From: Candidatus Nomurabacteria bacterium
Lineage (GTDB): Bacteria > Patescibacteriota > Minisyncoccia > Phycocordibacterales > UBA5272
DNA: 64,000 nucleotides
Direction: 5' to 3'
Assembly (NCBI GenBank): GCA_028286645.1
Contig: JAQBRF010000004.1
Span: forward strand, 205,192 to 269,191
The position numbers were made by a program, and so were the translations under genes. Below the pieces are notes generated by a model. The model made no database searches. It saw only the letters and a list, made by a program, of their open reading frames with translations, and was not told the DNA's origin. Positions 39,766 through 50,016 of this stretch are shown piece by piece. Every line of letters starts with the position of its first letter. Positions within the stretch are counted from its first letter, which is position 1.

Positions 39766-40803
39766 TTATTTTATTAAAGTGAGGAATCTGTTTAAACTCT
39801 CCTCTACCTCCTTCGCATTTTTTGTCTCCATTAATTCCATTCTTAACTCCTTTGCGCCATCAAATCCATTAACATAGGCTTTATAATGCTTCTTCATAAT
39901 CGCAAAGTTTTTTATATCTCCAAGCTTTTCTTCAAATAACTTTGTGTGCTCCACCATAATTCTTAACTTTTCTTCAATGCTCTTTCCTTCCTTCCATTCT
40001 TTTTCATTAAATAACCATGGGGTACCGAACACTCCTTTCCCTATCATTATTCCGTCCGCATCCGTTGCAAGAGCTTTTTCTTTGGCATCAGTTACGTTCA
40101 TCACATCTCCATTTCCCATGATTATAGTACCTCCATTTTTTACTTCGCCTGTTATTTCTCTGACAAGCGCGACAACTTCTTTCATTAACTCCCAGTGTGC
40201 CGGAACTTTTGACATTTCTTTTCTGGTGCGGAGATGAACTGTAAGCACGGGAATATTACATTCCAAAATCTTCGGCAGCCATTCCATATATTCCATCTTA
40301 TTAAATCCTAATCTAGTTTTTACTGACACAGGAAGCCCGCCAGCCCCTTCTTGAGCAGCTCGTATAACTTTCTGCGCAAGCCTCCAGTCTTTAATCATGG
40401 CGGCTCCTGCTCCTTGCTTTTCTATTCCTTTATCAGGGCATCCCATATTAATATCAATTCCATCAAATCCTAATTCTTTACATAGTGCGGCAGCCTTTCT
40501 CATGTTATCAGGGTCTGACGTAAAGAGCTGTGCCACTATTGGTCTTTCTATTTCACTGAATTCTAAATCTCTTTTTAAAACTTCTCTTCCTCCGCTACAC
40601 AATCCGTTCGCTGATACGAATTCTGTCCACATAACGTCCGGCCCTCCTCCAGGAGACCCCATTCCACTATATTTCGCTATTATGCGTCTAAAGGCCACAT
40701 CTGTTACGTCGGCCATTGGCGCAAGCACGATAATTGGTTCACCTTTTAAAATCTTATTATCAATTAATACTTGCCAAAACCCCCGGACTTTATTTCCGGT
40801 AAT
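39766..40803 (-). CDS. dus: tRNA-dihydrouridine synthase
   Basis: LAPMADVT; IDINMGCP; SVKTRLG; GNGD; start uncertain. Confidence 0.9.
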   Translation of the reverse strand: MTGNKVRGFWQVLIDNKILKGEPIIVLAPMADVTDVAFRRIIAKYSGMGSPGGGPDVMWTEFVSANGLCSGGREVLKRDLEFSEIERPIVAQLFTSDPDNMRKAAALCKELGFDGIDINMGCPDKGIEKQGAGAAMIKDWRLAQKVIRAAQEGAGGLPVSVKTRLGFNKMEYMEWLPKILECNIPVLTVHLRTRKEMSKVPAHWELMKEVVALVREITGEVKNGGTIIMGNGDVMNVTDAKEKALATDADGIMIGKGVFGTPWLFNEKEWKEGKSIEEKLRIMVEHTKLFEEKLGDIKNFAIMKKHYKAYVNGFDGAKELRMELMETKNAKEVEESLNRFLTLIK

Positions 40804-40816
40804 CTTTTTTGTCCTC

Positions 40817-41650
40817 CTACTGGACGATGGCTGGAGTAGTCGAAGAAGTTGTCGTAGCATTTGTATCTGTACTTGGCAGACCATAGATTATATCCGTAGA
40901 GCCATGTTTTGTAAACTTATAAAAAACCTTATTCCCAAATCGCGTATCCAAATATTCAAGGTCATTTTTATTGTTTTCCAATTTAGATTTCAGTGGTTCT
41001 GTGTCTATTGCGCTAATTATATTTGACCAGGTCTTTTTCATGTCAGCGGATACTGAAAGAATTATAGCGTGTCGCATGCTTTCATCATAAAGCCGGATAT
41101 CTCCATACTCGTCTATTGTAATTTTGCTTACTGGATAAAGCACTGAATTTACTTTGGGAACGAGATCGGCCAAGGATGTAAGAAGCTTTTCATTTACATT
41201 TGTGCTTGTTGCCATTTGGACTATTGGCAAATCACTTCTAAGAGTCATCTCTTCATACATTATTCCATTCTTTGTAATTGCGTGTGTAGTATCAGTTCTA
41301 AATATCGGAACATAAGGAGAGACGCTAATTTTTAGACTATGAAGTCCTCCTAATGAAAATGAAATCTTATCAGTGTTTGGAAGGATATTTTTAATTATGT
41401 TTTTTATGTCTTTCCTGTGGAAGCTAATTATTCTATCTCCAGGAAGGATATAAAACAAATTCTTACTATTGGCTTCCTTTATTTGGCTAACAATTTCTTG
41501 ATTATAGTTATCAGGAACGCCAGATAATTGATACTCGTAGATAGAAAAGGCGCTAGAACCAAAATATATATATAGCAATCCGCAAATAGCTAACAGAATC
41601 GACCCTCGAAAAAGAATACGCTTAGCAATAATACGTGTTCTCTTCTTCAT
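40817..41650 (-). CDS. FtsQ/DivIB-like protein
   Basis: N-terminal TM; C-terminal LEYLDTRFGNKVFYK. Confidence 0.7.
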   Translation of the reverse strand: MKKRTRIIAKRILFRGSILLAICGLLYIYFGSSAFSIYEYQLSGVPDNYNQEIVSQIKEANSKNLFYILPGDRIISFHRKDIKNIIKNILPNTDKISFSLGGLHSLKISVSPYVPIFRTDTTHAITKNGIMYEEMTLRSDLPIVQMATSTNVNEKLLTSLADLVPKVNSVLYPVSKITIDEYGDIRLYDESMRHAIILSVSADMKKTWSNIISAIDTEPLKSKLENNKNDLEYLDTRFGNKVFYKFTKHGSTDIIYGLPSTDTNATTTSSTTPAIVQ

Positions 41651-41652
41651 AA

Positions 41653-42966
41653 TTAAATGTTCGACACTCCCGCATCATTAACTGCGGTGCTAGAGTTGCT
41701 GAGATTTCGGAATGGCTTTCCTAAAATAGTCTTTCCGTTCATAAATGGCACTAAGATTTCTGGCACTTTTATGGTGCCATCTTTTTGCTGATAATTTTCT
41801 ACTATAGCAGTAACCAATCTAGGAGTAGCGGCGGCTGTATTATTAAGTGAATGAGCATATTGCATTTTTCCATCTTTATCCTTATATCTGATATTTAATC
41901 GCCGTGTTTGGAAATCGTGAAAATAGCTGGCGGAATGTGTTTCTCTGTATTTTTCTTGTGAAGGCATCCAGGCTTCGATGTCATACTTCTTTACTTGCCC
42001 TAAGCCTAAATCTCCACCGCAATTAGCTACTGTATGATATGGGAGCCCTAATTCTTCCATCATCTCTTCAGCATTTCTGGCTATTTCTTCGTGATACTTG
42101 ACCGATATTTCGTGGCTGGCAATGCATAAAACAATTTGTTCACATTTATAAAATTCATGCACACGTATAAGACCCTTAACATCTTTCCCATGGCTTCCTG
42201 CTTCTTTTCTAAAACAAGGACTCCATACAATCATTTTCTTTGGAAGCTCTGCTTCATTTAAAACTTCATCGCTGTAATAATACATTCCCGCCACTTCTCC
42301 TGTTCCCGCTAAATAATCATTTCCATCTTTATATAAGTCATCTTCTCCTTGCGGAAGATATCCAGTTCCTAAAAGCGCTTCTCGGCGCACAAGTGACGGC
42401 ACAAGCATAGGAGTGAATCCTTTATTCTGCCAGCGACTCATGGCATATTGCCATATCGCTATCTCAAGCATCGCTGCATCATTTTTTAAGAAATATCCGC
42501 GGAATCCAGCTGTCTTTGTTCCTCTTTCAAAGTCCACCATATCCTGCCCTTCCATTAAAGCTATATGATCAAGCGGCGTAAAATCAAATTGAGGAATATC
42601 TCCCCACTTTCTTACTTCCACATTTCCCGTATCATCAGATCCTTCTGGAACAGATATGTCAGGGACGTTAGGAACTTGTAGCATAAGCGTCCTCCAGACT
42701 TTCATAATTTCTTCTAGTTCATCTTCTTTCGCCTTTGAATCAGATTTTATTTTCTGGCGTTCAGACAAGATTTGTTCTTTTTCTTCCGGAGAGTTAAATA
42801 CTAGAGGCTTATTTAACTCGGCTCTTGCTTCTTCAACTTCTTTTAAAATCGCAAGTCTTTTTGTATCTATAACTACCAGGTCATCTACATTAAATGAAAG
42901 ATGTTTTTTTACCGCCGCAGCCTTAATGAGATCCGCATTTTCTCTAATGAATTTTATATCTAACAT
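41653..42966 (-). CDS. serS: Serine--tRNA ligase
   Basis: MLDIKFIREN; CFRKEAG; GLIRVHEF; KYDIEAW; HSLNNT. Confidence 0.97.
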   Translation of the reverse strand: MLDIKFIRENADLIKAAAVKKHLSFNVDDLVVIDTKRLAILKEVEEARAELNKPLVFNSPEEKEQILSERQKIKSDSKAKEDELEEIMKVWRTLMLQVPNVPDISVPEGSDDTGNVEVRKWGDIPQFDFTPLDHIALMEGQDMVDFERGTKTAGFRGYFLKNDAAMLEIAIWQYAMSRWQNKGFTPMLVPSLVRREALLGTGYLPQGEDDLYKDGNDYLAGTGEVAGMYYYSDEVLNEAELPKKMIVWSPCFRKEAGSHGKDVKGLIRVHEFYKCEQIVLCIASHEISVKYHEEIARNAEEMMEELGLPYHTVANCGGDLGLGQVKKYDIEAWMPSQEKYRETHSASYFHDFQTRRLNIRYKDKDGKMQYAHSLNNTAAATPRLVTAIVENYQQKDGTIKVPEILVPFMNGKTILGKPFRNLSNSSTAVNDAGVSNI

Positions 42967-43058
42967 AGTCTTATAATTCTAGCATGCATGCTTTATAAAA
43001 GAAAAAGAACCTATGCAGCGGACTACATAGGTTCTACTCAATGCCGACGACGCCTATC

Positions 43059-43385
43059 TTAGGCTATCGCATCGAGACAGAAATCCCCGATGCTCACAGG
43101 TTCCGTCAACGCCACCACTTCCCTGTCCGACGAAAGTGACACGCCGGTTGAAACATTGGCTGACGCTGTCGGCTTTGAAGGTTTACACACGAACAGGAGG
43201 AATGGAAGGTGATGGACCTTCGAAATTCCTTGTCCTCCCACCCCGATGAGTGCCGTGTAAATACCAGCTTTTTTGATTACCGCCTCGGCCTTATCGCGCT
43301 CAGCCTCCGTTTTGTAATAAGCGATCAACAGTCGGTCGACGCCTTCCGGGAATAACGATTCCGAATCAGAATGATTGCTAGTCAA
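43059..43385 (-). CDS. GC-richer hypothetical protein (solo unit with long leader)
   Basis: SD AAGGAG before TTG 43385; terminator at ~43002-43035. Confidence 0.55.
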   Translation of the reverse strand: MTSNHSDSESLFPEGVDRLLIAYYKTEAERDKAEAVIKKAGIYTALIGVGGQGISKVHHLPFLLFVCKPSKPTASANVSTGVSLSSDREVVALTEPVSIGDFCLDAIA

Positions 43386-43738
43386 TTGAAGCTCCTTGAT
43401 TAAAAAGATCAAGGCTCAGATAATCATCCGAGCCGCCGCAAGTAAGCCCTCCGGCCGCTCACACCAGCCCTAGCTACGACTAGTTGGTGATGTATGCTTC
43501 GTACATGCCGTACGCCGCCTCATTAGAATGACAGATACTTATGTCATTCAGTATGCGTAGAATCTTTTTTAGGATACCATCTAATATATGATTCGTCAAT
43601 TATGAGCTAACGACTTATTGTAAAATTAAATGAAAATGGTATAATTCTTCTTATCGTAAAAGTGCAACTCTTTAATAGGATTCCTGTACTCTTACTGATA
43701 CCAAAAATCCTGGCATAAAGCCTTAATAATGGATGCAT

Positions 43739-43814
43739 GGGCCCTTAGCTCAATTGGTAGAGCGCCTGTTTTGCACTCAGGAGGCAAGCGGTTCGAATCC
43801 GCTAGGGTCCACCA
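43739..43814 (+). tRNA. tRNA-Ala (anticodon TGC)
   Basis: Acceptor GGGCCCT/AGGGTCC with G3:U70; loop TTTGCAC; GGTTCGAATCC; encoded CCA. Confidence 0.95.
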
Positions 43815-45285
43815 CAGAAGATGAAAGAGGCTGAAAGGCCTCTTTTGTCTTGAAAATAGAGGCTACTTCTGCGGTTTCATAATTTCCTTCGTTATACACC
43901 ACGCCCTGAGGAAAATGAAACCATTGTAGCTTAAGTTTCTTATCGAGATCTGCCTCTTTCCATATTGAGCTTGGAGATTTGAAGTATTCGCTGGCGACAT
44001 CAAACGCTTCTTCAACATTAATATGTGGTCCTTCATAAGAGATAAGTTTCGTCTGAGCCTGTGTAATATCATTTCCTACTAGTTCGAGCTGCTCTTTTAA
44101 AAGATGATCTGGTATCGTTCCTTCAATGTTCTTCGTTATAAGTATGGTTTGTCTCTCCTTAAGTAATGCGATATGTGATTCTAAACGCCTCTGCTCTTCG
44201 CTTCCCTTGTATATAGCCTTATCGAGTTTCTCTTTTACTTTTATCTTTAGCTTTTCCAGTTGCTCTGAGGAGAGCGTGAACTGGTCCATATACTTCATAA
44301 AACTTTCTTCAAATTTTTGCTTTGGGAAATTGGAATCCTTAGCATGAAAGCGATAATAAGGATATTTTGCCGATCTACCACTGCACCAACTTCCAGTGAG
44401 TTTCCTACCATCTTTGTTCGTAACAAATCTCCTTAGAGGAAAATCCTCGCTATCTAATTTGTAATGTGACATCTTCTTCCCACGATTCTTTAGTACCAGT
44501 TGCACTTGATTAAAAAGACTCTCATCAATTACTGACTCGAAAGCTCCCATGTGGGATTCTCCGAATTTTTCTATGCAACCATAATACAATTTGCTACGTA
44601 TGAGTTTATAGAAATATTGCTTGCTAAGTGGATTTCCATTCTTAAGACGCAGACCTTTTTCTGTCATAATCTTTCTTACTTCTTCCAATGAATGTGTATT
44701 TTTTGCAATAAGTATGAAAGTCTCTTTTACAAATGGTGCCATATGGCTTTTAGCAATAGTTGCCATTCCGGCCGTACGCACGTTCTCATAACCTATTGGT
44801 GCCATCCAAACATATCTCCCATCTCGCACCGCATCTCTCATTCCATTCGTACATCGTTCTGCTCTTACTTCGTTGTCGAATTGTGCAACATTAGCTAGCA
44901 TGTTTTCCATAAATCTTCCTGAAGGATTATTTTCAAAAGCTTCGCTTACAGATCTAATTTCTACGCCATATCTTTTAAGAAGAATACGTAATTGACTATA
45001 ATCATCCGTGTTCCTAGACAGACGATCTATTTTGTAAGAAATTACTGCACTAATGCGATTTTTTTTATCTGAACAGAAAAAAAGCATTTTTTGAAGTTCG
45101 GTTCTCATTGTCGTTTTCGCACTTTCGCCTTGTTCTACGAATACTTGTGCTACTTCATATCCATGCTTCAATGCATATTCTTTGCAAAGTTTTTCTTGAG
45201 TATTAAGACTATTCCCTTCATCAACTTGTTCTTTAGTCGATACTCTACAATAGAGCACTGCTCTTTTTTGATTTTGTTCTTGCAT
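43777..45285 (-). CDS. Large serine recombinase (integrase)
   Basis: YCRVSTKEQ catalytic Ser; DRLSR; recombinase domain and coiled coil; 3' end runs antisense into tRNA-Ala. Confidence 0.93.
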   Translation of the reverse strand: MQEQNQKRAVLYCRVSTKEQVDEGNSLNTQEKLCKEYALKHGYEVAQVFVEQGESAKTTMRTELQKMLFFCSDKKNRISAVISYKIDRLSRNTDDYSQLRILLKRYGVEIRSVSEAFENNPSGRFMENMLANVAQFDNEVRAERCTNGMRDAVRDGRYVWMAPIGYENVRTAGMATIAKSHMAPFVKETFILIAKNTHSLEEVRKIMTEKGLRLKNGNPLSKQYFYKLIRSKLYYGCIEKFGESHMGAFESVIDESLFNQVQLVLKNRGKKMSHYKLDSEDFPLRRFVTNKDGRKLTGSWCSGRSAKYPYYRFHAKDSNFPKQKFEESFMKYMDQFTLSSEQLEKLKIKVKEKLDKAIYKGSEEQRRLESHIALLKERQTILITKNIEGTIPDHLLKEQLELVGNDITQAQTKLISYEGPHINVEEAFDVASEYFKSPSSIWKEADLDKKLKLQWFHFPQGVVYNEGNYETAEVASIFKTKEAFQPLSSSVVDPSGFEPLAS

Positions 45286-45517
45286 GTTTTCTTTTGCGGT
45301 CTAGATAGATGTCCACTAACACTTCAGCGAGGTAATCTATGGAATCATCTTCAGATACGTGACTACTAATAAAACCCGGAGGGGAACTACGATACGGTGC
45401 GTTGTCGCTACACAAAGACGCTCGTAGGACCCCTTCGGGCTTCGTTTTGTCACCATATGCGTCTTTAGTGCGTAGCTTTTTCATTTTATCTCTCAATGTG
45501 AGTGAATATCTATCCAA
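45245..45517 (-). CDS. Small protein overlapping the recombinase start
   Basis: C-terminal helix VSEDDSIDYLAEVLVDIYL; start uncertain. Confidence 0.5.
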   Translation of the reverse strand: MDRYSLTLRDKMKKLRTKDAYGDKTKPEGVLRASLCSDNAPYRSSPPGFISSHVSEDDSIDYLAEVLVDIYLDRKRKHARTKSKKSSALL

Positions 45518-45710
45518 ATCGGTGGATAGTGTTTCGCTGGCGAAATGTCGGAAAACTGTCTACAGATTTCAAGCGAGTTCTCTGAAATCCCTTCGATATA
45601 AATACTTTTTCTGCAATGACACTCTTTTAATTTTCCGAGTACAGGAGCTTAAGAAAAGACTCTTGCGGGGTTATATCGTTCTACACATTACGAGAGTGTC
45701 CTGGAGTAAA

Positions 45711-45947
45711 TTAAGCCCTTAATTGGTCGTCCTCAGAGCTTTTCCTAGAAGCTTTAGTAAGTACATTTATAAGCTCCCTCCGGTCCTTTGCATCATAATC
45801 ATTTTTATCCACTACCTTTGAGAACCATCGCGATATTGTGCTTCTTGAGAATCCTTGTTTCTTTACAGCAAGATAAAGAGTGGGGAAGTCACCCAAGTTT
45901 ACGTGCTTCCTTCGTACACTATGAAATCTTTTTTGTATTGTTTTCAT
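45711..45947 (-). CDS. Small basic protein, possibly DNA-binding
   Basis: 78-aa ORF; FSRSTISRWF. Confidence 0.6.
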   Translation of the reverse strand: MKTIQKRFHSVRRKHVNLGDFPTLYLAVKKQGFSRSTISRWFSKVVDKNDYDAKDRRELINVLTKASRKSSEDDQLRA

Positions 45948-46031
45948 ATTTGTGTGTTGGTTTGTTATAAATAAAAAAGATACGCCTTAAGCGTACATGT
46001 TAACTAAGTGACTCTCCGACGACTCACCAGA

Positions 46032-46700
46032 TTAGTAATTTCTTTTGACGGTTTTTTCACTCCATTTGAGCAGTCTGTCCTGGGTAGCGCAAGCGGCAGC
46101 AACTCTTTCATTCGTTCGCCCTATGGCGTCTCTTATACTTCTCTGTTCACTTTCTATTTTTTCCTTATCTATTGATTCAGAAGACGTTCCTGTAATTGCT
46201 TCATGTAGAATTTCCCAGTCGACAACTTGACCTTTTTTACAATGAAGAAAAAGATGCTCCAAAATAGAGTATTCTTTTTTATATTCAGGAATATCGATGA
46301 CGACATCCCCAATAATGAGCTTCGATGTCTCGGGCTCAAAGACAATTTTATGTTCAGCCAAGTTTAGTTTCTTTGCAGGTGATTTATTGGAATCATTAAC
46401 AAGCTTATCTTCATCTATCTTGCATACAGCATATAACCAGTCCCCGTTTTCACGTGAATAAACTCTTTCTTCAAAACTCATTACAAGACCATCTCTCTGC
46501 AATTTTCGGAGGGCCCTGATTTTTTCTTCATATTCATCTTCTAAAGAAGTCTCCATAAAACTTGAAGAAACTTCCGATAAAAAATACTCATACTGGGGAG
46601 AAGCTTTAACACTTCCTCTTTTTAAAAATTCACTCTTAAAAGAAGCAATAATGTCGGTCATATAGCTAGTTTCCGTCCCAACAATTTTTTTTATGTCCAT
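46032..46700 (-). CDS. Hypothetical protein with winged-helix-like C-terminus
   Basis: 222-aa ORF; GQVVDWEILHEAI...IRDAIGRTN. Confidence 0.65.
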   Translation of the reverse strand: MDIKKIVGTETSYMTDIIASFKSEFLKRGSVKASPQYEYFLSEVSSSFMETSLEDEYEEKIRALRKLQRDGLVMSFEERVYSRENGDWLYAVCKIDEDKLVNDSNKSPAKKLNLAEHKIVFEPETSKLIIGDVVIDIPEYKKEYSILEHLFLHCKKGQVVDWEILHEAITGTSSESIDKEKIESEQRSIRDAIGRTNERVAAACATQDRLLKWSEKTVKRNY

Positions 46701-46789
46701 TGTTTTGGCAAGAAATTATTATTCCAAATGATCGTTTAATTATACCATTTAACCATTTATTAATTGGAAATTACATGATAAAATAGGCC

Positions 46790-46933
46790 TGCAGACAAGT
46801 GGATATTAATAAGGCGTATAAACGGATTTTGGGCGTTGCTCGTAGCCAGCATTGGCATCCTAAGTAGGAAACATATGAGCAACGGCAACGCTGTTCACTT
46901 GTCTGCACCTCTTGGGGTGCCTATTTTGTTTTT
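46790..46933 (+). ncRNA. Candidate structured RNA or leader
   Basis: TGCAGACAAGTGGA pairs with TTCACTTGTCTGCA; inner GCGTTGCTC/GAGCAACG; terminator-like GCACC/GGTGC plus T tract. Confidence 0.5.
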
Positions 46934-46970
46934 GTGGCCTCAAGCTTAGTCAACAATCTTATAACACAAC

Positions 46971-47234
46971 ATGCTTCGTAAAATCATAGGAATCCTCATT
47001 TTTATACTTGTCATATACGGCACGTTCTTAATTCATCCACTGCTTGGGAGTATTGTCGTTCTGACAATCCTTCTTCTTATCCTATCGTTTGGGCACATTA
47101 AAAAATATGTGAAGGAAAGTAATATGACAGAAGATGAAAAAATCAAAAGAAAAATATTTGATGAAGTTTTGGACAAAAGAAGCAGGAGAATGGCTGAGGA
47201 AAGAGAGGAGAAAGCCGTTAGTAACCTACAGTAA
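46971..47234 (+). CDS. Small membrane protein
   Basis: Two TM segments and a charged tail. Confidence 0.7.
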   Translation: MLRKIIGILIFILVIYGTFLIHPLLGSIVVLTILLLILSFGHIKKYVKESNMTEDEKIKRKIFDEVLDKRSRRMAEEREEKAVSNLQ

Positions 47235-47633
47235 TCTTTGTATTCTTTGCAACACCTTATTAGGATCTTTTTTGATCTGATGTTCCCAGATGCGGACGTG
47301 TTTCCATCCAGATAGTTCCAAGAGGACTTTGTTTCTCCTGTCTCGCTTTATGTTTGCTTCTACTTTCTTCTCCCAAAATTCAACATTCGTTTTCGGGGGT
47401 GTGTAACATTTTTTGCCACCATGCCAAAAACATCCGTCAACGAATATCGCCAGCTTTTGTTTTGAAAAACTAAAGTCTGGAGTTCCATGAATCCTTTTGT
47501 TGTGTCTTCTCCATCCTGTTATTTTGTTCTCTCTGAAAAGCTCAACCATTCTGCCTTCAGTAGTCTTGTTTCCACGACTTTTGACAGAGGCCATTAATGC
47601 TGACCGCTTTTCCTTTGTTATGCGGTCCGCCAT
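47226..47633 (-). CDS. vsr: Very short patch repair endonuclease
   Basis: RSALMASVKS; GTPDF; FVDGCFWHG; RIWEH. Confidence 0.93.
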   Translation of the reverse strand: MADRITKEKRSALMASVKSRGNKTTEGRMVELFRENKITGWRRHNKRIHGTPDFSFSKQKLAIFVDGCFWHGGKKCYTPPKTNVEFWEKKVEANIKRDRRNKVLLELSGWKHVRIWEHQIKKDPNKVLQRIQRLL

Positions 47634-47635
47634 AG

Positions 47636-48715
47636 TTATCTGGTAAATCTTATTTGCAAATTAAGCTTCAATAACGTATCTCCTCCTTCCTTATAGATAT
47701 TGCCGAAAATGTGACGAGAAGTGCTTGGAGTGTCAAATTTTGTATTCCTGAAAAGATAGTCCCTAAAATCGTCGGCGTTGTAAACGTGGTAACAAACTAT
47801 TTCCCCGTCTTCCCTAACGACTATATAGCCTCCATGTGCCTTCAGAAGGCCGTCCCATGCTGTGTTCGGGACCATACCGAGAGCAATATTGTGAAGGAAG
47901 CTTTTTGTTTTGAATTCATAGTCCGAGGCATCAAGGTTGAAATGAAGAATCTTGATTTCTCCTTCGCCCAATTTCGTCACAAGATCTGGCAATAGCTTTC
48001 CCTTATCAGAATAGTAAGCCAATAACAGTTCTGCCACTATCTCAGGCAATACAGTGTCCACTTTTCTTAAGTTTCTAGTAAACGTATCTGAGCTCGCTCC
48101 TTTGAAGGTGAATGTGCCTCCAGCCTTAATAATTGCAGTGAGACGATCTCTCAATTTGGACCTACCCTGCAATGTATTTATCGTAGAAATTTGTTCCTCA
48201 TTCAATCCTTCAATTTTGTATATGAAGTTTGTAGCCGATGAAGCATTGAGCAAAGTTGCGGTGGAACCTAACATGGATTTTATACTGAATCCAACTTCTG
48301 GGACCGTACCCGTATGCATATCGTGAATCTTTAGTGTTATATCTTCCTTTCTTGAGTTGCCTGCGTTCAGTCTCTTGGCTTTAAAACGGTCCATGAGTTC
48401 TTCAGCAACAGGAACACCAAATGTCGTTTCCGAGCTTTCCTTTATTGCACCAAACACTTCTGTTATCTTTGATTTAAGATCAGATGCATCAACTAGGGCA
48501 ATTTCCACTCCTGCATCAAGTATTCTTATTTGACTGCCTTCAGAAAACTCATAATCCATTCTTCCCGTTGCTTCCTGTCTCACTATCTTAAGGACGGGGT
48601 AAAAAATATCTTCAATCTTTTGAAGGTTCGCATCAGCACCATTAAGCCTTCTTTCGGAAAGCAACTTAAGAAACGTATAGAATTCACTCCATTCCCCCTT
48701 ATTTCCTTTTATCAT
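47636..48715 (-). CDS. HpaII-family type II restriction endonuclease
   Basis: GNKGEWSEFY; GFSIKSMLG; TLLNAS; LKLNLQIRF. Confidence 0.85.
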   Translation of the reverse strand: MIKGNKGEWSEFYTFLKLLSERRLNGADANLQKIEDIFYPVLKIVRQEATGRMDYEFSEGSQIRILDAGVEIALVDASDLKSKITEVFGAIKESSETTFGVPVAEELMDRFKAKRLNAGNSRKEDITLKIHDMHTGTVPEVGFSIKSMLGSTATLLNASSATNFIYKIEGLNEEQISTINTLQGRSKLRDRLTAIIKAGGTFTFKGASSDTFTRNLRKVDTVLPEIVAELLLAYYSDKGKLLPDLVTKLGEGEIKILHFNLDASDYEFKTKSFLHNIALGMVPNTAWDGLLKAHGGYIVVREDGEIVCYHVYNADDFRDYLFRNTKFDTPSTSRHIFGNIYKEGGDTLLKLNLQIRFTR

Positions 48716-49589
48716 ATTTTTTTAAGGTCTTTATCACTTCCTCTCCAACGGCTTGGATTGCGTTTATGGCCACGCTGTTCCCTAATTGCCTCATGGCTTG
48801 TACTTCAGACACTGGGAATTCAAACTCTTCAGGAAAACCCATCATTTTTTTTCCTTCCTTAGGGGTGAGTTTTCTGGTCTTGCCACTCACCAAATAAGTA
48901 TCCCAGTTTCTTCTGTCATTCAACCCAGAACCTCTCCCTCCCAAACGAAGTGTATACCCAATTTCCTTTGAACAGTTACCTCCAAAAATTTCCGACATGT
49001 TGGTTTTTAGTTCAATAGGGTCTGGAAATTTGAAAGGGATATTTTTATCGCGGAAACCCACCATATACAAACGCGGTCTGTGTTGTGGAAGGCCGAAATC
49101 GGAAGCCTTCACTATCTTCCAATAGAAAGAGTACCCGAGATCCTTTTCAATTGTTTCCTTGATTCTCGCAAAGGTTTTGCCATCATCATGCTTAAGGAGA
49201 TGTCTCACGTTTTCAATGAAAAAGGCGGCAGGTTTTTTTTCCTTAATGATTCTTGCTATGTCAAAGAAGAGAGTGCCTCGGGTATCATCAAATCCTTTCT
49301 TGTGGCCCGCTTGGCTAAACGCTTGGCAAGGAAAACCTCCCGTCAGAATATCAAAGTCTGGGATTTCTTTCTCATTTACCTTGGTTATATCGCCAGCGAA
49401 CAAATCGCTCTTGAACAACTGGGGTTCCATCTTTGAAAAGTTGTGGATGTATGTCGTTCTCGCATGCTTATCCCATTCGCTGGCAAAAACACACTTCGCT
49501 CCAAGATGGTGGAAAGCGATATGGAATCCTCCGATTCCAGCAAATAGGTCTATGAATGTATATTTCTTCCTGCTGGACTTCGACTTCAT
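48699..49589 (-). CDS. DNA (cytosine-5)-methyltransferase
   Basis: FIDLFAGIGG; GGFPCQAFS; ENV; QLGNSV; likely start 49589. Confidence 0.95.
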   Translation of the reverse strand: MKSKSSRKKYTFIDLFAGIGGFHIAFHHLGAKCVFASEWDKHARTTYIHNFSKMEPQLFKSDLFAGDITKVNEKEIPDFDILTGGFPCQAFSQAGHKKGFDDTRGTLFFDIARIIKEKKPAAFFIENVRHLLKHDDGKTFARIKETIEKDLGYSFYWKIVKASDFGLPQHRPRLYMVGFRDKNIPFKFPDPIELKTNMSEIFGGNCSKEIGYTLRLGGRGSGLNDRRNWDTYLVSGKTRKLTPKEGKKMMGFPEEFEFPVSEVQAMRQLGNSVAINAIQAVGEEVIKTLKKYDKRK

Positions 49590-49686
49590 GTATTCTTTTA
49601 ATTCTACCATAGAACTACGGCATAGTTTCACTAAAAAATCATGTTTCCCTCTTGTGTTTTTCAAGAGTGTGCTTTATACTTCATAG

Positions 49687-49895
49687 GTAGATTGAAAACG
49701 CAATACAGAAGCTCGCTTGGTAGGGATACCAAGCATCGCCGAGCGACCGACACCACGAAGTAGCACCGAAATCCTTTAGACGGGCATTCTAGCGGGAACA
49801 ATCAAATGTTCCATGCTGGCAATCCACTAGTTATGGGAACACAGTAGCAATACTGCCGTTCCCGTGAGAGTGTCGGTCTAAGGGATTTTTCTTTT
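49687..49895 (+). ncRNA. Candidate structured RNA / transcription attenuator
   Basis: Several hairpins; competing long-range helices; ends in a T tract. Confidence 0.6.
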
Positions 49896-49976
49896 GTCAT
49901 CTAATCTTCAACCATAATTACGAGAAGCTTTCAGATTAGATTTGTGCAGCTAACACCGAATAATAATTGGGTGGTA

Positions 49977-50016
49977 ACTGGACGAATCTAGCAACAGGTT
50001 CGTCCAGTTTTTGTTT
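49977..50016 (+). terminator. Terminator-like hairpin
   Basis: ACTGGACGAATCT...AGGTTCGTCCAGT then TTTTGTTT. Confidence 0.7.

Noticed and set aside
46790-46907. End-paired RNA as a retron msr-msd
   Set aside because: No reverse transcriptase in the window
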